Origin: Nitrospirota bacterium
GTDB taxonomy: Bacteria; Nitrospirota; UBA9217
Assembly: GCA_963790205.1 (NCBI GenBank)
Contig: CAWBNQ010000014.1
Location: forward strand, 224,001 to 288,000
Length of the DNA: 64,000 nt
Reading direction: 5' to 3'
In this document: piece by piece, positions 48,697 through 59,900 of the stretch
How positions within the stretch are numbered: position 1 is the first letter of the stretch
Layout of the letters: every line of letters begins with the position of its first letter
Translations under genes and position numbers: made by a program
Notes under the pieces: model-generated
What the model was told of the DNA's origin: nothing
Seen by the model: the letters and a program-made list of their open reading frames with translations, nothing else
Database searches by the model: none

Positions 48697-49692
48697 TTAT
48701 CCATTTCCACTTCTTTGCCAGTCCGCCTTTATGAGCATTGAGACATCGGATGGACAATTGCCGAATTTGCGCAGGAGATAATCTCTGAATCCGAGATAAT
48801 GCGCATGAGAAACGACCGAATCGTATATTCCCCTATAATGCCGGATAAATACATCCATGAATCTCATTGAGCGATGCTTGAATTTTGACCTCGCACTGTT
48901 CCTCCATACGATACGCTTTACGGTAACCGTCATTAATTTTATATATTCCTTCCGTGACAGATGGCGTTCACCCCACAATAAAGAATTACGCGTCAGGAAA
49001 TAGGTAATAAGAGGAGAACTGTTTCCACCAAAGGAAGCCGAGACCTTATGATAAACTTTGGCATTCGCCACACAATATGACCTGATACCTGCCCGCCTGG
49101 CCCGATAGCACCAGTCTGTCTCCTCATAGGTCAGGAAAAATTTACGATCAAGCAAGCCGATTTTTTCTATGATCTTTGCGCTTAAAAATAAAGCGCACCC
49201 ACATGCATAATCGGTTTCTTCAATCGTATCTTCGCACAGTTCCTTGTTTAAATGATAGAAAGCGCTGTTCGAGGGGTCCCACTTGACGCCTGCATACCAG
49301 ATTCTTTCAGGCTTCGAATAGTAATAGATCTGCGCCCCAAAAATTCCTCTGTCATTAAATTTCTGTGACGCCCCTGATAGTTCTTTGAGAACATGAGGAT
49401 CGACTACCGTATCATTGTTGAGAAGAAAAATATAGTCGGCGCCATGCTTCAAAGCATGGCGTATCCCGACATTGTTCCCTTCGGCAAAACCGAGATTTTC
49501 ATCGTTTTCGATCAGAACCGTACCCGGAAACTTTGCTTTTATTTCCGCGCAGGGATCATCCTGGGAACCGTTATCAACAACAACTACCTCGAAATTCGGA
49601 TAATCAATAGCATACACCGATTCCAGGCATTCTAACGTGTCTCTCAGACCATTCCAATTGAGGATGATCAGATAGATAAGTGGATTGCGCAT
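48697..49692 (-). CDS. GT2 glycosyltransferase (rhamnosyltransferase-like)
   Basis: ILNWNG, DNGS, NLGFAEGNN.G, LLNNDT, GCA, YEETDWC.R. Confidence 0.9.
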   Translation of the reverse strand: MRNPLIYLIILNWNGLRDTLECLESVYAIDYPNFEVVVVDNGSQDDPCAEIKAKFPGTVLIENDENLGFAEGNNVGIRHALKHGADYIFLLNNDTVVDPHVLKELSGASQKFNDRGIFGAQIYYYSKPERIWYAGVKWDPSNSAFYHLNKELCEDTIEETDYACGCALFLSAKIIEKIGLLDRKFFLTYEETDWCYRARRAGIRSYCVANAKVYHKVSASFGGNSSPLITYFLTRNSLLWGERHLSRKEYIKLMTVTVKRIVWRNSARSKFKHRSMRFMDVFIRHYRGIYDSVVSHAHYLGFRDYLLRKFGNCPSDVSMLIKADWQRSGNG

Positions 49693-49778
49693 GATAGCCG
49701 ATGGTCATCCTCGTCATGCCTCAGAGGCTGCCTCGCGATAACCTATCCCCCTTTCTCGGTCAGGCTAAGAAGCTATGT

Positions 49779-50663
49779 TCAGTCAAATATTCGCTGTATT
49801 CCCCATCGGACATTCTCGATGTAATACTTTTTGACGGTTGGAGGAAATCGCTCCATTATTCTCATGATTAGGCTTACGTCCCGATAATGATATCTTACTT
49901 CTTTTTTTCTCCTATTAAGCTTCTTAACAACTTCTTTATTTGCCCTATTCTTTTGAATTTGCTTATTGATCGCCGTCAGGTAACTCTTTCTCATGCTCAG
50001 CCTGTTTCGAGACCTTGACCCCCTTCTCACGCGGCAGGATGCCAGGACTTTGTCGACAAAAACCACCTTGGGATCCAATGCAAAAATGTTCATCCAGCAC
50101 TCCCAGTCCTCATTGGCCGGCAAACGTTCATCGAAAGCTATACCGCACTCCTTGAAAAAAGCCATGTCGAAGAGGAAGCAGTGCACCGGGATGCTCAAGT
50201 CCGTCTCCCATTTCATCATGATATCATCGAATGGATTCTTATTCGGCAAGAGGGGACTGATACGGTTGTATGTCACCGACATATCGTCGATATCGTAGAT
50301 GGCATAATCGCAGTAACTCAGTGCCTTAGCGGGGAGGTTCTGCAGCCGTTCTATCTGAATGCTTATCTTGTCAGGTTCCAGAAGATCATCAGCATCGAGG
50401 AATTGCACATATTTCCCCGATGCGGTCCTGACGCCGGTGTTCCTGGCGGCTCCGGGACCCTTGTTTTCCTGACGCACATAGATGATCCTGCCGCTGTATT
50501 TTCTTTTCAGCGTGAGTTCCGTATCATCGGTGGATCCATCGTCGACAACGATTACTTCCCGGTTCTCGTATGTCTGGTTCAATGAGCAGTCGATCGCCTG
50601 GTATACGACCGGTCCATCATTATAGGTTGGTATGATAATACTCACCATTGGTGATCCTTGCAT
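49779..50663 (-). CDS. GT2 glycosyltransferase
   Basis: VSIIIPTYN, DDGSTD, ARN.G, FLDADD, NEDW. Confidence 0.92.
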   Translation of the reverse strand: MQGSPMVSIIIPTYNDGPVVYQAIDCSLNQTYENREVIVVDDGSTDDTELTLKRKYSGRIIYVRQENKGPGAARNTGVRTASGKYVQFLDADDLLEPDKISIQIERLQNLPAKALSYCDYAIYDIDDMSVTYNRISPLLPNKNPFDDIMMKWETDLSIPVHCFLFDMAFFKECGIAFDERLPANEDWECWMNIFALDPKVVFVDKVLASCRVRRGSRSRNRLSMRKSYLTAINKQIQKNRANKEVVKKLNRRKKEVRYHYRDVSLIMRIMERFPPTVKKYYIENVRWGIQRIFD

Positions 50664-50710
50664 TCTTCGTTACCCTCAAAACGTATGAAGATTAGCACTC
50701 CGAATATATC

Positions 50711-51754
50711 CTAGAGCCCCAGATGCAGCCGCCGCGCAATGGCCCGGAGAAGCTTGTACAGTGGGGGGACATATGATCGCAATAGAGGAACTGCGTATAA
50801 TCTCAATGAGCTTCTTAACAACGTTGCGCTTCTTATTGATTTTATGTAATCGGGCAATGAGCTGGCCGAATTCGAATCACCCCTGTTGCCATATCTCAAT
50901 GGCTCACTCAGTATGGGAAAATGCTTTTTGAGAGACTTCAGGACATACGTTCTGGCGTTGGTCAGATCGCCTATTTTTTCATATCGATCGGATACTGCAA
51001 AACACCTCCAACGCAAGATACGGCTAAGGGTCCCGGTATATTGGGGCCCCAGGTGCGCGGCCAGAGCTTCGAACATCTTAATCATTGCCAGCTCGTGGTC
51101 CTGCCAGTTTTTCGTGGACCATACACCGCCGGGATGAACGACATACACGGCCATGGTCTCATCCAGGTACCCGATCCTGCCATGGAGCGCATTGAGTATA
51201 TGGATCAGCCAGTCCCCCATTTTCAACGTGCCGACCCAGTCCGGGATCCTTCCGAACAGGCCGCTGCGGAACATGACTGCGCAGGTCGGGATGAAGTTAT
51301 CCAGGAGGAGGTCTTCGACCGTAGAGAATGCCTTTTGACTCGGTCGGTATGATGTCGGTTCTCTACTTTCGTCCTCATAGACTATGAGGGCATCGTGAAA
51401 ACAGACCGTGCAGTCGCGGTGGCTATCCAGGAAATCCACCTGCTTCTGCAGTTTTTCGGGCGACGTCCAGTAGTCGTCGCCGTCAAGCATGGCAATATAT
51501 TCACCTTTACAGGTGTCCAGGACCTGAGCACCGTTCCTGTGCATGCCCAGGTTCTTTTCATTCAACAAGAGCCGGAATTTTTCGGGATATCTTTTTTGAT
51601 AATCGATCAGGGTAGCGCGGGTATTATCGGTAGAGCAGTCCTCTCCAATCACTATTTCATAGTCGAAGTTCGTCCTTTGCATGAGGACACTGTCCAACGC
51701 CTTCGCAATGAATTTCTCGTGATTGTAGGTTACCATTGCTACGCTTACTTTCAT
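50711..51754 (-). CDS. GT2 glycosyltransferase
   Basis: TYNHEKFI, GEDCSTD, LDGDDYW..P.KLQKQ, GDW. Confidence 0.92.
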   Translation of the reverse strand: MKVSVAMVTYNHEKFIAKALDSVLMQRTNFDYEIVIGEDCSTDNTRATLIDYQKRYPEKFRLLLNEKNLGMHRNGAQVLDTCKGEYIAMLDGDDYWTSPEKLQKQVDFLDSHRDCTVCFHDALIVYEDESREPTSYRPSQKAFSTVEDLLLDNFIPTCAVMFRSGLFGRIPDWVGTLKMGDWLIHILNALHGRIGYLDETMAVYVVHPGGVWSTKNWQDHELAMIKMFEALAAHLGPQYTGTLSRILRWRCFAVSDRYEKIGDLTNARTYVLKSLKKHFPILSEPLRYGNRGDSNSASSLPDYIKSIRSATLLRSSLRLYAVPLLRSYVPPLYKLLRAIARRLHLGL

Positions 51755-51901
51755 GGACCCTCTCTATTAATGCGGGCTTAGTGTCAAAACCTTTTGCCGC
51801 AGACGCGAAAAACGCGAAGAAACCTGAATCTTTGGGTTTAAGGTCAAAAAAACTTTGCGTCCTTTGAGCGGTTCAAGCCTTTTGGTTCCGGCTTGTCCGG
51901 G

Positions 51902-54900
51902 TTAGGGAGTGACCGTCAACGTGGCCCTTCTTGTTACCCCGCCATAAACAGCAGAAATGGCGGCCCGCCGTGTGTTGGTCACCGGCATAGTGGCGATCGT
52001 GAATGTGGCGCTGGTGCTGCCGCCTGGTACCGTTACGCTGGCGGGTTCGCTGGCTGATGACGAATTGTCGCTCAGCGACACGACCGCGCCGCCGGCGGGC
52101 GCGGGACCGCTCAATGTCACCGTGCCCTGAGAGGAAGACCCGCCCTTGACACTGGTCGGGATTAGAGAAAGCGTGTTCAATGCCGGAGGCCTGACCGTGA
52201 GCGTGGCCGTTCTGGTCACCCCGTTATAAACAGCGGAAATGATGACTGATGTAGAACTGGCCACTGGAGTAGTGGTTATCGTGAACGCGGCGCTGGTGCT
52301 GCCACCCGTAACGGTGACACTCGCCGGAACGCTCGCTGCTGACGAATTGTCGCTCAGCGATACGACCGCGCCGCCAGTGGGCGCGGGCCCACTCAACCTC
52401 ACCGTGCCCTGGGAAGATGAACCACCCGTGACGCTCGTCGGGCTTAAGGTCAGCGTGCTCAATACTAGAGGAGCAATTGTGAGCGCGGCCGTTCTGGTCA
52501 CCCCGTTGTAAACAGCGGAAATGGTTACCGGCGTTGAGCTGGCCACCGGAATAGTCGTGATCGTGAATGTGGCGCTGGTGCCGCCGCCCGGTATCGTTAC
52601 GCTGGCAGGCTCACTGGCTGATGACGAATCGTCGCTCAGCGTAACCACTGCTCCTCCGCTCGGCGCAGGACCGTTTATTGTCACCGTTCCCTGGGAATTG
52701 GACCCGCCCGCGACGCTCGTCGGGCTTAAGGTCAGCGTGCTCAATACGGGAGGATTGACCATGAGCGCGGCCGTTTTTGTCATTCCGTTATAAACAGCGG
52801 AAATGGTTACCGGCGTTGAGCTGGTCATCGGAATAGTCGTGATCGTGAACGTGGCGCTGGTGCTGCCGCCCGGTATTGTTACGCTGGCAGGGACGCTGGC
52901 TGCTGAAGAATCATCGCTCAGCGATACGACCACGCCGCCAGTCGGCGCTGGACCGCCCAACGTCACTGTGCCCTGGGAAGCAGACCCGCCCGTGACACTG
53001 GTCGGGTTTAAAAATAGTGAATAGAGTGAAACCGGTTCTGGTGAGACAGTAATCGTGGCCGTTGCCACATTACTGCTGTTCGTCCCGTCGTTCGCCGTGT
53101 AGGTAAAGCTGTCGGTTCCCGCATAGTTCGCCGCCGGTGTATAGGCGAAGGATCCATTGGTGTTGAGCGTGAGAGTGCCGTGGGATGGGCCGCTCGAGAG
53201 TTGCGCTGTCAGGGTCGCCCCTTCGGGATCGGTGTCGTTGCTCAGCACCCCGGGGGCGGGCTGATTCAGTGCCGTATTTGCATTGATCGTGTACGTATCA
53301 TTCATTGCCGCGGGGGGCAGGTTGGCAGTGTTGCAGCTGACGGTGATCTCGCCCCGATCGGGTACGGCATTGTAGTACATGACTTTCGTCGTTCCCTCCA
53401 GGACCGAGTTTACCGTTGTGGTGCTGCTGCCTTGCGTGACGAGAGCGGAGTCACAGCCCGAAAGCGCCCCGCTGCGTATGGTGAGCGCTTCGTCGTACGT
53501 AGCGTCATCCAGTCCATCGGTGAGGTTCAACACCAGTTGGCTACTGGAACTGGAAACCACGGAGAGGTTTGCAGACCCTCGTTCACGGACATATTTGACC
53601 ACTGATCCGAACGTATCGACCCAGAGGTTCTTGGTATTCACGTATCCGATGAATTGCCTGAACCGCTCTTCAGTGACGGGTCCGTACTCTGTTCCATCCA
53701 GGCCGTGGAAACCGGCGATCATCCATTGCCCCGATTGCTCCGCAAGGTCCACCTGCGACTCGAGAGTAACGCCCTGTGAATCCGCCTCATCGGGAAAAAC
53801 GGCATACATATTGTACAGATCGAAGGGGGAAGAATTGAGCCCCCATCTCACGCCCCTGGCCGCGATGTATGCGCTCTCAACGATTCCTTCCACTTCATCG
53901 TTCAGGTCTCCATAGGGATATGCGAACGTACGGCACTTCTGTGAGCTGATCTGGTCGTCGATCACCGTCTGCGACCCCAGGATCTCGTCCTGCATCCCGG
54001 CCACGGTGAGACTGGTCAAATAGGGATGCGTCTTCGTATGGCTCCCTATCTCATGGCCCATGCCTGCTGCGGTCCTCCAGTTGTCCCAGCTGGGCGGGCC
54101 TATCGTAGTAAAATCGGTGACCAGAAAGAACGTACCCTTGAACCCCAGTTCGTTGAGGGCTGGTACCCCGATAGTGTATTGCGATGTGTAACCGTCGTCA
54201 AAGGTCAGCGAAATGGCCCCTGACTTGTTACTCTTCCACCTGGTGATCTCGTGTCCCGCATTCACGATCACGTCATCCAGCGCCATTGCGTAGGGACTTA
54301 AGAACGTCCACAGGTCGGCGCCGACCCCGCCGCTCAAATAGGGAGGCCGGGAATCGTAGTTGTTGTCCGTAACGTCGATCATCAGCGTCCCGTCGTAAAA
54401 TACCTGGATACGATTACCGTTAAATGCCATCTTGAGCGTATGCCAGCCCGTGCCGACGCTCGGCAGGTTGACCTCCTGCATCGATGCGTCATTATAGGTC
54501 GTCCAGTCACGGAACTTGACCAGTGCCAGCACGTTGGAGCCGCCTGCTGATCCATCGGGATAGATCCATGCGCCGTAACGAGCGCCGGTTGCCGGATTTA
54601 CACGGCCCCCGAGACCGCCTCCGAATGCACCGGCTGGAAATTGGATGCGGGCCTCCACCGTATAGTCAGCCCAGGGAGGCGCGGCGTAGGTGTAAATGGA
54701 ACCATACGTCCAGGGCGAACTCGAACCCTGCAGCGCGCCATTCGTTATCGTCCACGTCCCGAGCGCGCCGATCCACGGCGATAAAGGGTTCACTGCACCA
54801 GGATCTCGGGTAAAGTCATCTGCGAAGACGACGTTGCCGGCCGGTGAGACCTGCGCGATCGCCTGGTGTGGAACGAGCATCTGCAGGGCCAGCATACAGC

Positions 54901-55021
54901 CGAGAAGCAGCATGGAAAGAACGTTTCTTTTCAGAGGTGATAAAAATTGTGACCGGTTGTCGGTCTGGTCATGTTTATGAGCTTCAGCCCGGCGCGCTGT
55001 TCTTCTCATGTTCGTAATCAT
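51902..55021 (-). CDS. Secreted modular protein: ConA-like domain + CE4 polysaccharide deacetylase + Ig-like domain + four ~94-aa beta-sandwich repeats
   Basis: Signal peptide; SLTFDDG, HEIGSHTKTH, FAYPYG; PP.A.NDTY...GVLSNDTD..G.DSFTY; repeats L.P.SV.GG...QGTVTL.GPAP.GG..V.LS. Confidence 0.85.
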   Translation of the reverse strand: MITNMRRTARRAEAHKHDQTDNRSQFLSPLKRNVLSMLLLGCMLALQMLVPHQAIAQVSPAGNVVFADDFTRDPGAVNPLSPWIGALGTWTITNGALQGSSSPWTYGSIYTYAAPPWADYTVEARIQFPAGAFGGGLGGRVNPATGARYGAWIYPDGSAGGSNVLALVKFRDWTTYNDASMQEVNLPSVGTGWHTLKMAFNGNRIQVFYDGTLMIDVTDNNYDSRPPYLSGGVGADLWTFLSPYAMALDDVIVNAGHEITRWKSNKSGAISLTFDDGYTSQYTIGVPALNELGFKGTFFLVTDFTTIGPPSWDNWRTAAGMGHEIGSHTKTHPYLTSLTVAGMQDEILGSQTVIDDQISSQKCRTFAYPYGDLNDEVEGIVESAYIAARGVRWGLNSSPFDLYNMYAVFPDEADSQGVTLESQVDLAEQSGQWMIAGFHGLDGTEYGPVTEERFRQFIGYVNTKNLWVDTFGSVVKYVRERGSANLSVVSSSSSQLVLNLTDGLDDATYDEALTIRSGALSGCDSALVTQGSSTTTVNSVLEGTTKVMYYNAVPDRGEITVSCNTANLPPAAMNDTYTINANTALNQPAPGVLSNDTDPEGATLTAQLSSGPSHGTLTLNTNGSFAYTPAANYAGTDSFTYTANDGTNSSNVATATITVSPEPVSLYSLFLNPTSVTGGSASQGTVTLGGPAPTGGVVVSLSDDSSAASVPASVTIPGGSTSATFTITTIPMTSSTPVTISAVYNGMTKTAALMVNPPVLSTLTLSPTSVAGGSNSQGTVTINGPAPSGGAVVTLSDDSSSASEPASVTIPGGGTSATFTITTIPVASSTPVTISAVYNGVTRTAALTIAPLVLSTLTLSPTSVTGGSSSQGTVRLSGPAPTGGAVVSLSDNSSAASVPASVTVTGGSTSAAFTITTTPVASSTSVIISAVYNGVTRTATLTVRPPALNTLSLIPTSVKGGSSSQGTVTLSGPAPAGGAVVSLSDNSSSASEPASVTVPGGSTSATFTIATMPVTNTRRAAISAVYGGVTRRATLTVTP
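51905..53030 (-). repeat. Four tandem ~282-nt coding repeats
   Basis: Equivalent positions recur at 52239, 52521 and 52803. Confidence 0.85.
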
Positions 55022-55223
55022 ATTATCACGCTCCCCAGATAATTCTCGTTAGTTGCCAATTATCATGTGCTTCCCTTTTCGCCCTGAGCTGACCATTCGC
55101 TGTTCTCGCTGCTCGACGGCTGCCATGTCCTGCACTCTCTTTTTCTGATAGGGCCGCGGACACACGGTGCTGAACTTTGACCCCTCCTGCGGTCCTCCCG
55201 CCAAAGGCTAGAGTCCCGCTGCC

Positions 55224-56534
55224 TTATTCTTTCTTGATACCGCTGAGATAATTGGCGATCAAGGTGTAATCATCCCGGTAATCCAGCAGGCCGTCGCGGT
55301 TCAGATCGGCAGTGGACGACCTGGAAGCGCCCCGCTTTTGGAAATAGCTGTCAATGTCCGCTCTGTTCAGTGTTCCCGGCTGAGATAGAGGACCGCTGAT
55401 CTTTGGCGCGATGGTCAAAGGATATATCATCTTCAGCTCTCCCAGCGAAACGGTGATGCTTGCCTCGTATGCGCCTTTTTCCGGCAGCAGCTCGACGATC
55501 CAGGTATTGGTATTGTCTGAATCTCTCCTCATCGACAGCAATTGCGCCCCCATGACCGCCAGATCGGACGAGTTCATGTTTCCCTGCGTGGATATGAACG
55601 CGACCTTTACCACCGATTTCCCGTCTGAGAGCGCAATGGGCGGGTCCTGACGGCACCCGATCATGCTCTCCCGGCCGAAGAGAGAGATCAAGGCCGCTGC
55701 TGTCCGCTGGCCGTGGTACTCCTGAAAGCGCTCCAATACGCTTTTTTGCGTGTAGATGTTCCGCGTCCTCGTCGTTCCCGGTGCTGAAGCGTCTTTGTCG
55801 CCAAATACGGTGCTGTCTGTTTTTCGCGCCACAATTACGGGTTCTTTCCCGGGTACATTCGTCGTGTCCGGTACGGGCGCTTGAACGTCCTGTTCTCCCG
55901 TCCCGGGTGCATCCGTCGTACTTTCGAGTTCGTCGGATCTGGATGACGGGCCGGCAATGATGATTGCCGGCGGGACCGTTGACGGTGATGAAGGGGTTCC
56001 CGGCGTGCCGGCGGCCGGCGGCGCTGTTGTTGTCTCCGAGGGAGCGCCCTGGTTTTGCGAGGAGGTAGAATCGCTCAGGGATGAATCTGCCGGGTTGTTG
56101 ACCTGTACCTGCGCCAGGAGGGGCGCTCCGGTGATGTTGGCCAGCCGGGCGCTCAAGGCATTGATCCTGCCCGGGGAGGGGCCTGTGCGGTCAAAGGCCA
56201 TCGTGGCGATCACTCCGCTGCCCTTTACCGGAGAAAGACGGATGATGACCATGCGCACGGTCCCGGGGACGTTCGGGTTGATCGTCGTCATGGCCCCTGC
56301 GATGAGCGGCCCCTCTGTGACGCGGGGGTTTGAGAGCGTCGCGGTGTCATACACAACAGTGAGCTCGAACGCGGATACATCCTCGATCCCGATACCCTGG
56401 AGAAGAAAAACGCCATCCCCGGCCGGCGATATCGTAACGGTGGACACGGCGAAGGCCGGCACAGGCAGGCACAGCGCGGCGACCACCGCAGCCGCGGCAA
56501 AGATACCCGATGATATGAGCGTCCGTATTTTCAT
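55224..56534 (-). CDS. Secreted cohesin-like domain protein with Pro/Thr/Ser linker and C-terminal EF-hand/dockerin-like loop
   Basis: Signal peptide; VSAFELTVVYDTATL...GTVRMVII....VKGSGVIATMAF; C-terminal ADLNRDGLLDYRDDY; GGAGG RBS. Confidence 0.72.
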   Translation of the reverse strand: MKIRTLISSGIFAAAAVVAALCLPVPAFAVSTVTISPAGDGVFLLQGIGIEDVSAFELTVVYDTATLSNPRVTEGPLIAGAMTTINPNVPGTVRMVIIRLSPVKGSGVIATMAFDRTGPSPGRINALSARLANITGAPLLAQVQVNNPADSSLSDSTSSQNQGAPSETTTAPPAAGTPGTPSSPSTVPPAIIIAGPSSRSDELESTTDAPGTGEQDVQAPVPDTTNVPGKEPVIVARKTDSTVFGDKDASAPGTTRTRNIYTQKSVLERFQEYHGQRTAAALISLFGRESMIGCRQDPPIALSDGKSVVKVAFISTQGNMNSSDLAVMGAQLLSMRRDSDNTNTWIVELLPEKGAYEASITVSLGELKMIYPLTIAPKISGPLSQPGTLNRADIDSYFQKRGASRSSTADLNRDGLLDYRDDYTLIANYLSGIKKE

Positions 56535-56965
56535 TATCTTATCCTCCACTACAGTTTCGTATTGTCAAAATCTTTCACCGCAGAGGACGCGGAGGACGGA
56601 GAGAGCTTCTTTATATTGAAACCCTTAAAAGCCCGCTCCGCCTCCCTCCCCCTCTGCGCTCTATAAGAAAACCGCCTGGCTTTAAACAGTTCTTTGTAGG
56701 AGCCCCGTCAGGGTGGCGGATTTTCCCGTATTATCGCAGGGCTATAGCTCCATCCTCCAGAATCATTATTCTTGGTTTTCCTCTGCGACCTCTGCGGTTT
56801 CATGCTTTGCCTCTCTTTTTTCATGAAACTTTTGACAGTACCTACAGTTTTTCTACGATCTTTACGCGATCTTTAAGCTTATGGAAGATGCTGACTTCAA
56901 GCGGCCGCGGGACGGGACCCGTGTTTCCTTCTGATCGCTCTGCGATCGTATCGGTATTTACAGCG

Positions 56966-59900
56966 TTACCAGCTTGGAAGCCCTGCCGCCTTCCTGAGGA
57001 TCGCTACAACGTCCGAAAGATCGATCTTCCCGTCAGGATGACGCTGACCACCTGCCAGAGGCGCCACATCGCCATGGGCAAGATCGGGCTGCGTCAGAGG
57101 ATCAAGCCCGGCCGCGATCCGAAGAGACTTGAGGGCGTCGGTCATGTCCACTTTATTGTCGTCATTTAAGTCGCCATCAGCCGGAATGACCGTGATCGTA
57201 GCGGTCATTATGCTTCCATAGTTTGCAGAAATGGTTACCGGAGTTGATCCGGCCACGGGATAGGTGGTTATCGTGAACGTGGCGCTAATGCTCCCGGCCG
57301 GGACCGTGACCGTGGACGGAACTCCGGCAGCTGACGGCGTGTTGCTGCTCAGCGATACCGCCACACCCCCGCTCGGCGCTGCGCCGGTCAGCGTCACCGT
57401 ACCCTGGGAAGTATCATTGCTCAAAACACTATTCTGGCTCACCGAAAGCGAGCTGACAGCTGACGGTGTAACCGTGAGAGTGGTTGTCTTTGTAATCCCG
57501 CCGTAATCAGCAGTAATGGTTACCGGCGTTGAGCCTGCCACCGGATGAGTCGTAACAGTGAACGTGGCGCTGGCGCTGCCGGCCTGGACCGTGATTGTGG
57601 CCGGAACACTGGCCGCTGACGGCGTGCCGCTGCTCAGCGAGACAACCACACCGCCGCTCGGCGCTTGACCGCTCAACGTCACCGTGCCGTGGGAAATAAT
57701 CCCGCCCAAAACGCTGGCCGGGCTTACCGAAAGCGTACTCAATACCGGCGGATAAACTGTCAGCGTGGCCGTCTTTGTCACCCCGCTATGATCGGCAGTA
57801 ATGATTACCGAAGTCGATCCGGCCACCGGATACGTGGTTATCGTGAACGCGGCGCTGGCGCTGCCTGCCGGGACCGTAACCGTTGTGGGAACACTGGCCA
57901 CTGACGGCGTATCACTGCTCAGCGATATGGCGACACCGCCGATCGGCGCTGCGCCGTTCAGTGTCACCGTACCCTGGGAATTAATCCCGCCCACAACGCT
58001 GGCCGGGCTTACCGAAAGCGTACTCAATACCGGCGGATTAACTGTCAGCGTGGCCGTCTTTGTCACCCCGTTATGATCGACAGTAATGATTACCGAAGTT
58101 GATCCGGCAACGGGATACGTGGTTATCGTGAACGCGGCGCTGGTGCTGCCGGCCGGGACCGTGACGGCTGTGGGAACACTGACCGTTGACGGCGTGTCGC
58201 TGCTCAGCGATACGGCCACACCGCCGCTGGGCGCTGCGCCCGTCAACGTCACCGTTCCCTCGGAAATACTCCCGCCCAAAACGCTGGTCGGGCTTGTTGA
58301 AAACGAATTCAAGGCGGGTGGACTGACCGTGAGCATGGCGGTATTTTGGTTCACGCCATCATCAGCAGTAATGGTTACCGAAGTTGATCCGGCAACGGGA
58401 TACGTGGTTATCGTGAACGCGGCGCTGGTGCTGCCTGCCGGGACCGTGACGGTTGTGGGAACACTGACCGTTGACGGCGTGTCGCTGCTCAGCGATACGG
58501 CCACGCCGCCGCTCGGCGCTGCGCCGGTCAACGTCACCGTGCCCTCGGAAATACTCCCGCCCAAAACACTGGCGGGGCTTATTGAAAGCGAGCTCAGGGG
58601 AACCGGATTATAGCGTACTTCCACGCTTGATATCGAGGTCCCTACTCTCACTTTTACTCCATAGTCGGTCAAGCGGTAATCACCGGGATCGGCCACCGCG
58701 CCGTCGCGCAGGACCCGAACATTGCCCTGGACCCAATTGCTCCAGTTCGGCATGACGATCTCGACTGAACTATCAGCATCAGTAGACCCGGTAATGGTTG
58801 CCCCAATAGCGGCGATATTTCCCGTCATGCCGTACGCAGGAGTGATGGCGATATTCGACCGCGCCGTCGACCAGTCGTATATCCCGATGCTGTTCGATTT
58901 CCACAGTCCCGGCTTGGAAGCGGCATAGGTTACATACTCCTGCTCTACGCTCCCGGTATTTGATGAAGGTACATGACCGTAGAGATTGATGAGCGCCCCG
59001 ATACCATAATAAAAATCGACGGCATTCTGCATTGACACCACGGTTAGGTCTTCAAGGGCCGTAGGGATGCTGGTGCCCGCATACCAGTCGCTCACGGGCA
59101 GCGTAAGGGGCGCATAGTACTTGCCAGGCGTTTTATAGGAAAGGGTCTTATGCGGAAACGGGCCGATCTTCTGTTCCCCCGCGACAGCCGCGCCCAACTG
59201 GTCCAGGATATCATCGGAGTCATCGCGCGTTGAGTTGAAATAAGGAGCAGCCCAGAGACGGGGGCAGGTACCACCCGATCCGCAGCCTGGCCGGCCGTTG
59301 TCCAACCCGGCCAGCCACCCTTCGATGTCTTGAAAAGAAATCTTAATCGATTCATAAGCATAAGACTTACCACTTGAGTAACCTGGTGGGCTCGATGCTA
59401 AAGGATAACCAGGTTGAACAGTGTCCAGGGCCTCGTCCGGCCCCCAGTGCCAGTAATCAAAATCCGTTGGCGAGAGAGACGTATTAACGGGGTTCTTATA
59501 GCCGCCGTTGTGCGATCCGATCGTCGCGCCGTAGTTCGAAACAGCGCTCCGCAGGCCAGCAATTGCTACGGGATCTCCCACCATGTCTTCGCGCAAAGCC
59601 CCGGTGCAGAAGAAATAATCACCCTTGACCCCGAGTGCATGTTCGAATTGGGCGGAAGATTCGATCGACCGGATGGCTGACTGATCGTTCTCAAAATCGT
59701 GTCGAACGATGAATGCCGCGTCGTATTGATAGGGCCACGGGCTCACCTTCACGATCGGAAGGCGGTCGGATTCGAAGGCCCACTCGATTGCTTTGCGAAG
59801 GATGAGATAGGCATACATCCCCGGGTCGTAGTCTCCGTGGCCGATGAGCGGCTGAAATGCCCCGTAGTAGATGAACTGTCCTTGTCCATAGTTCTTGACC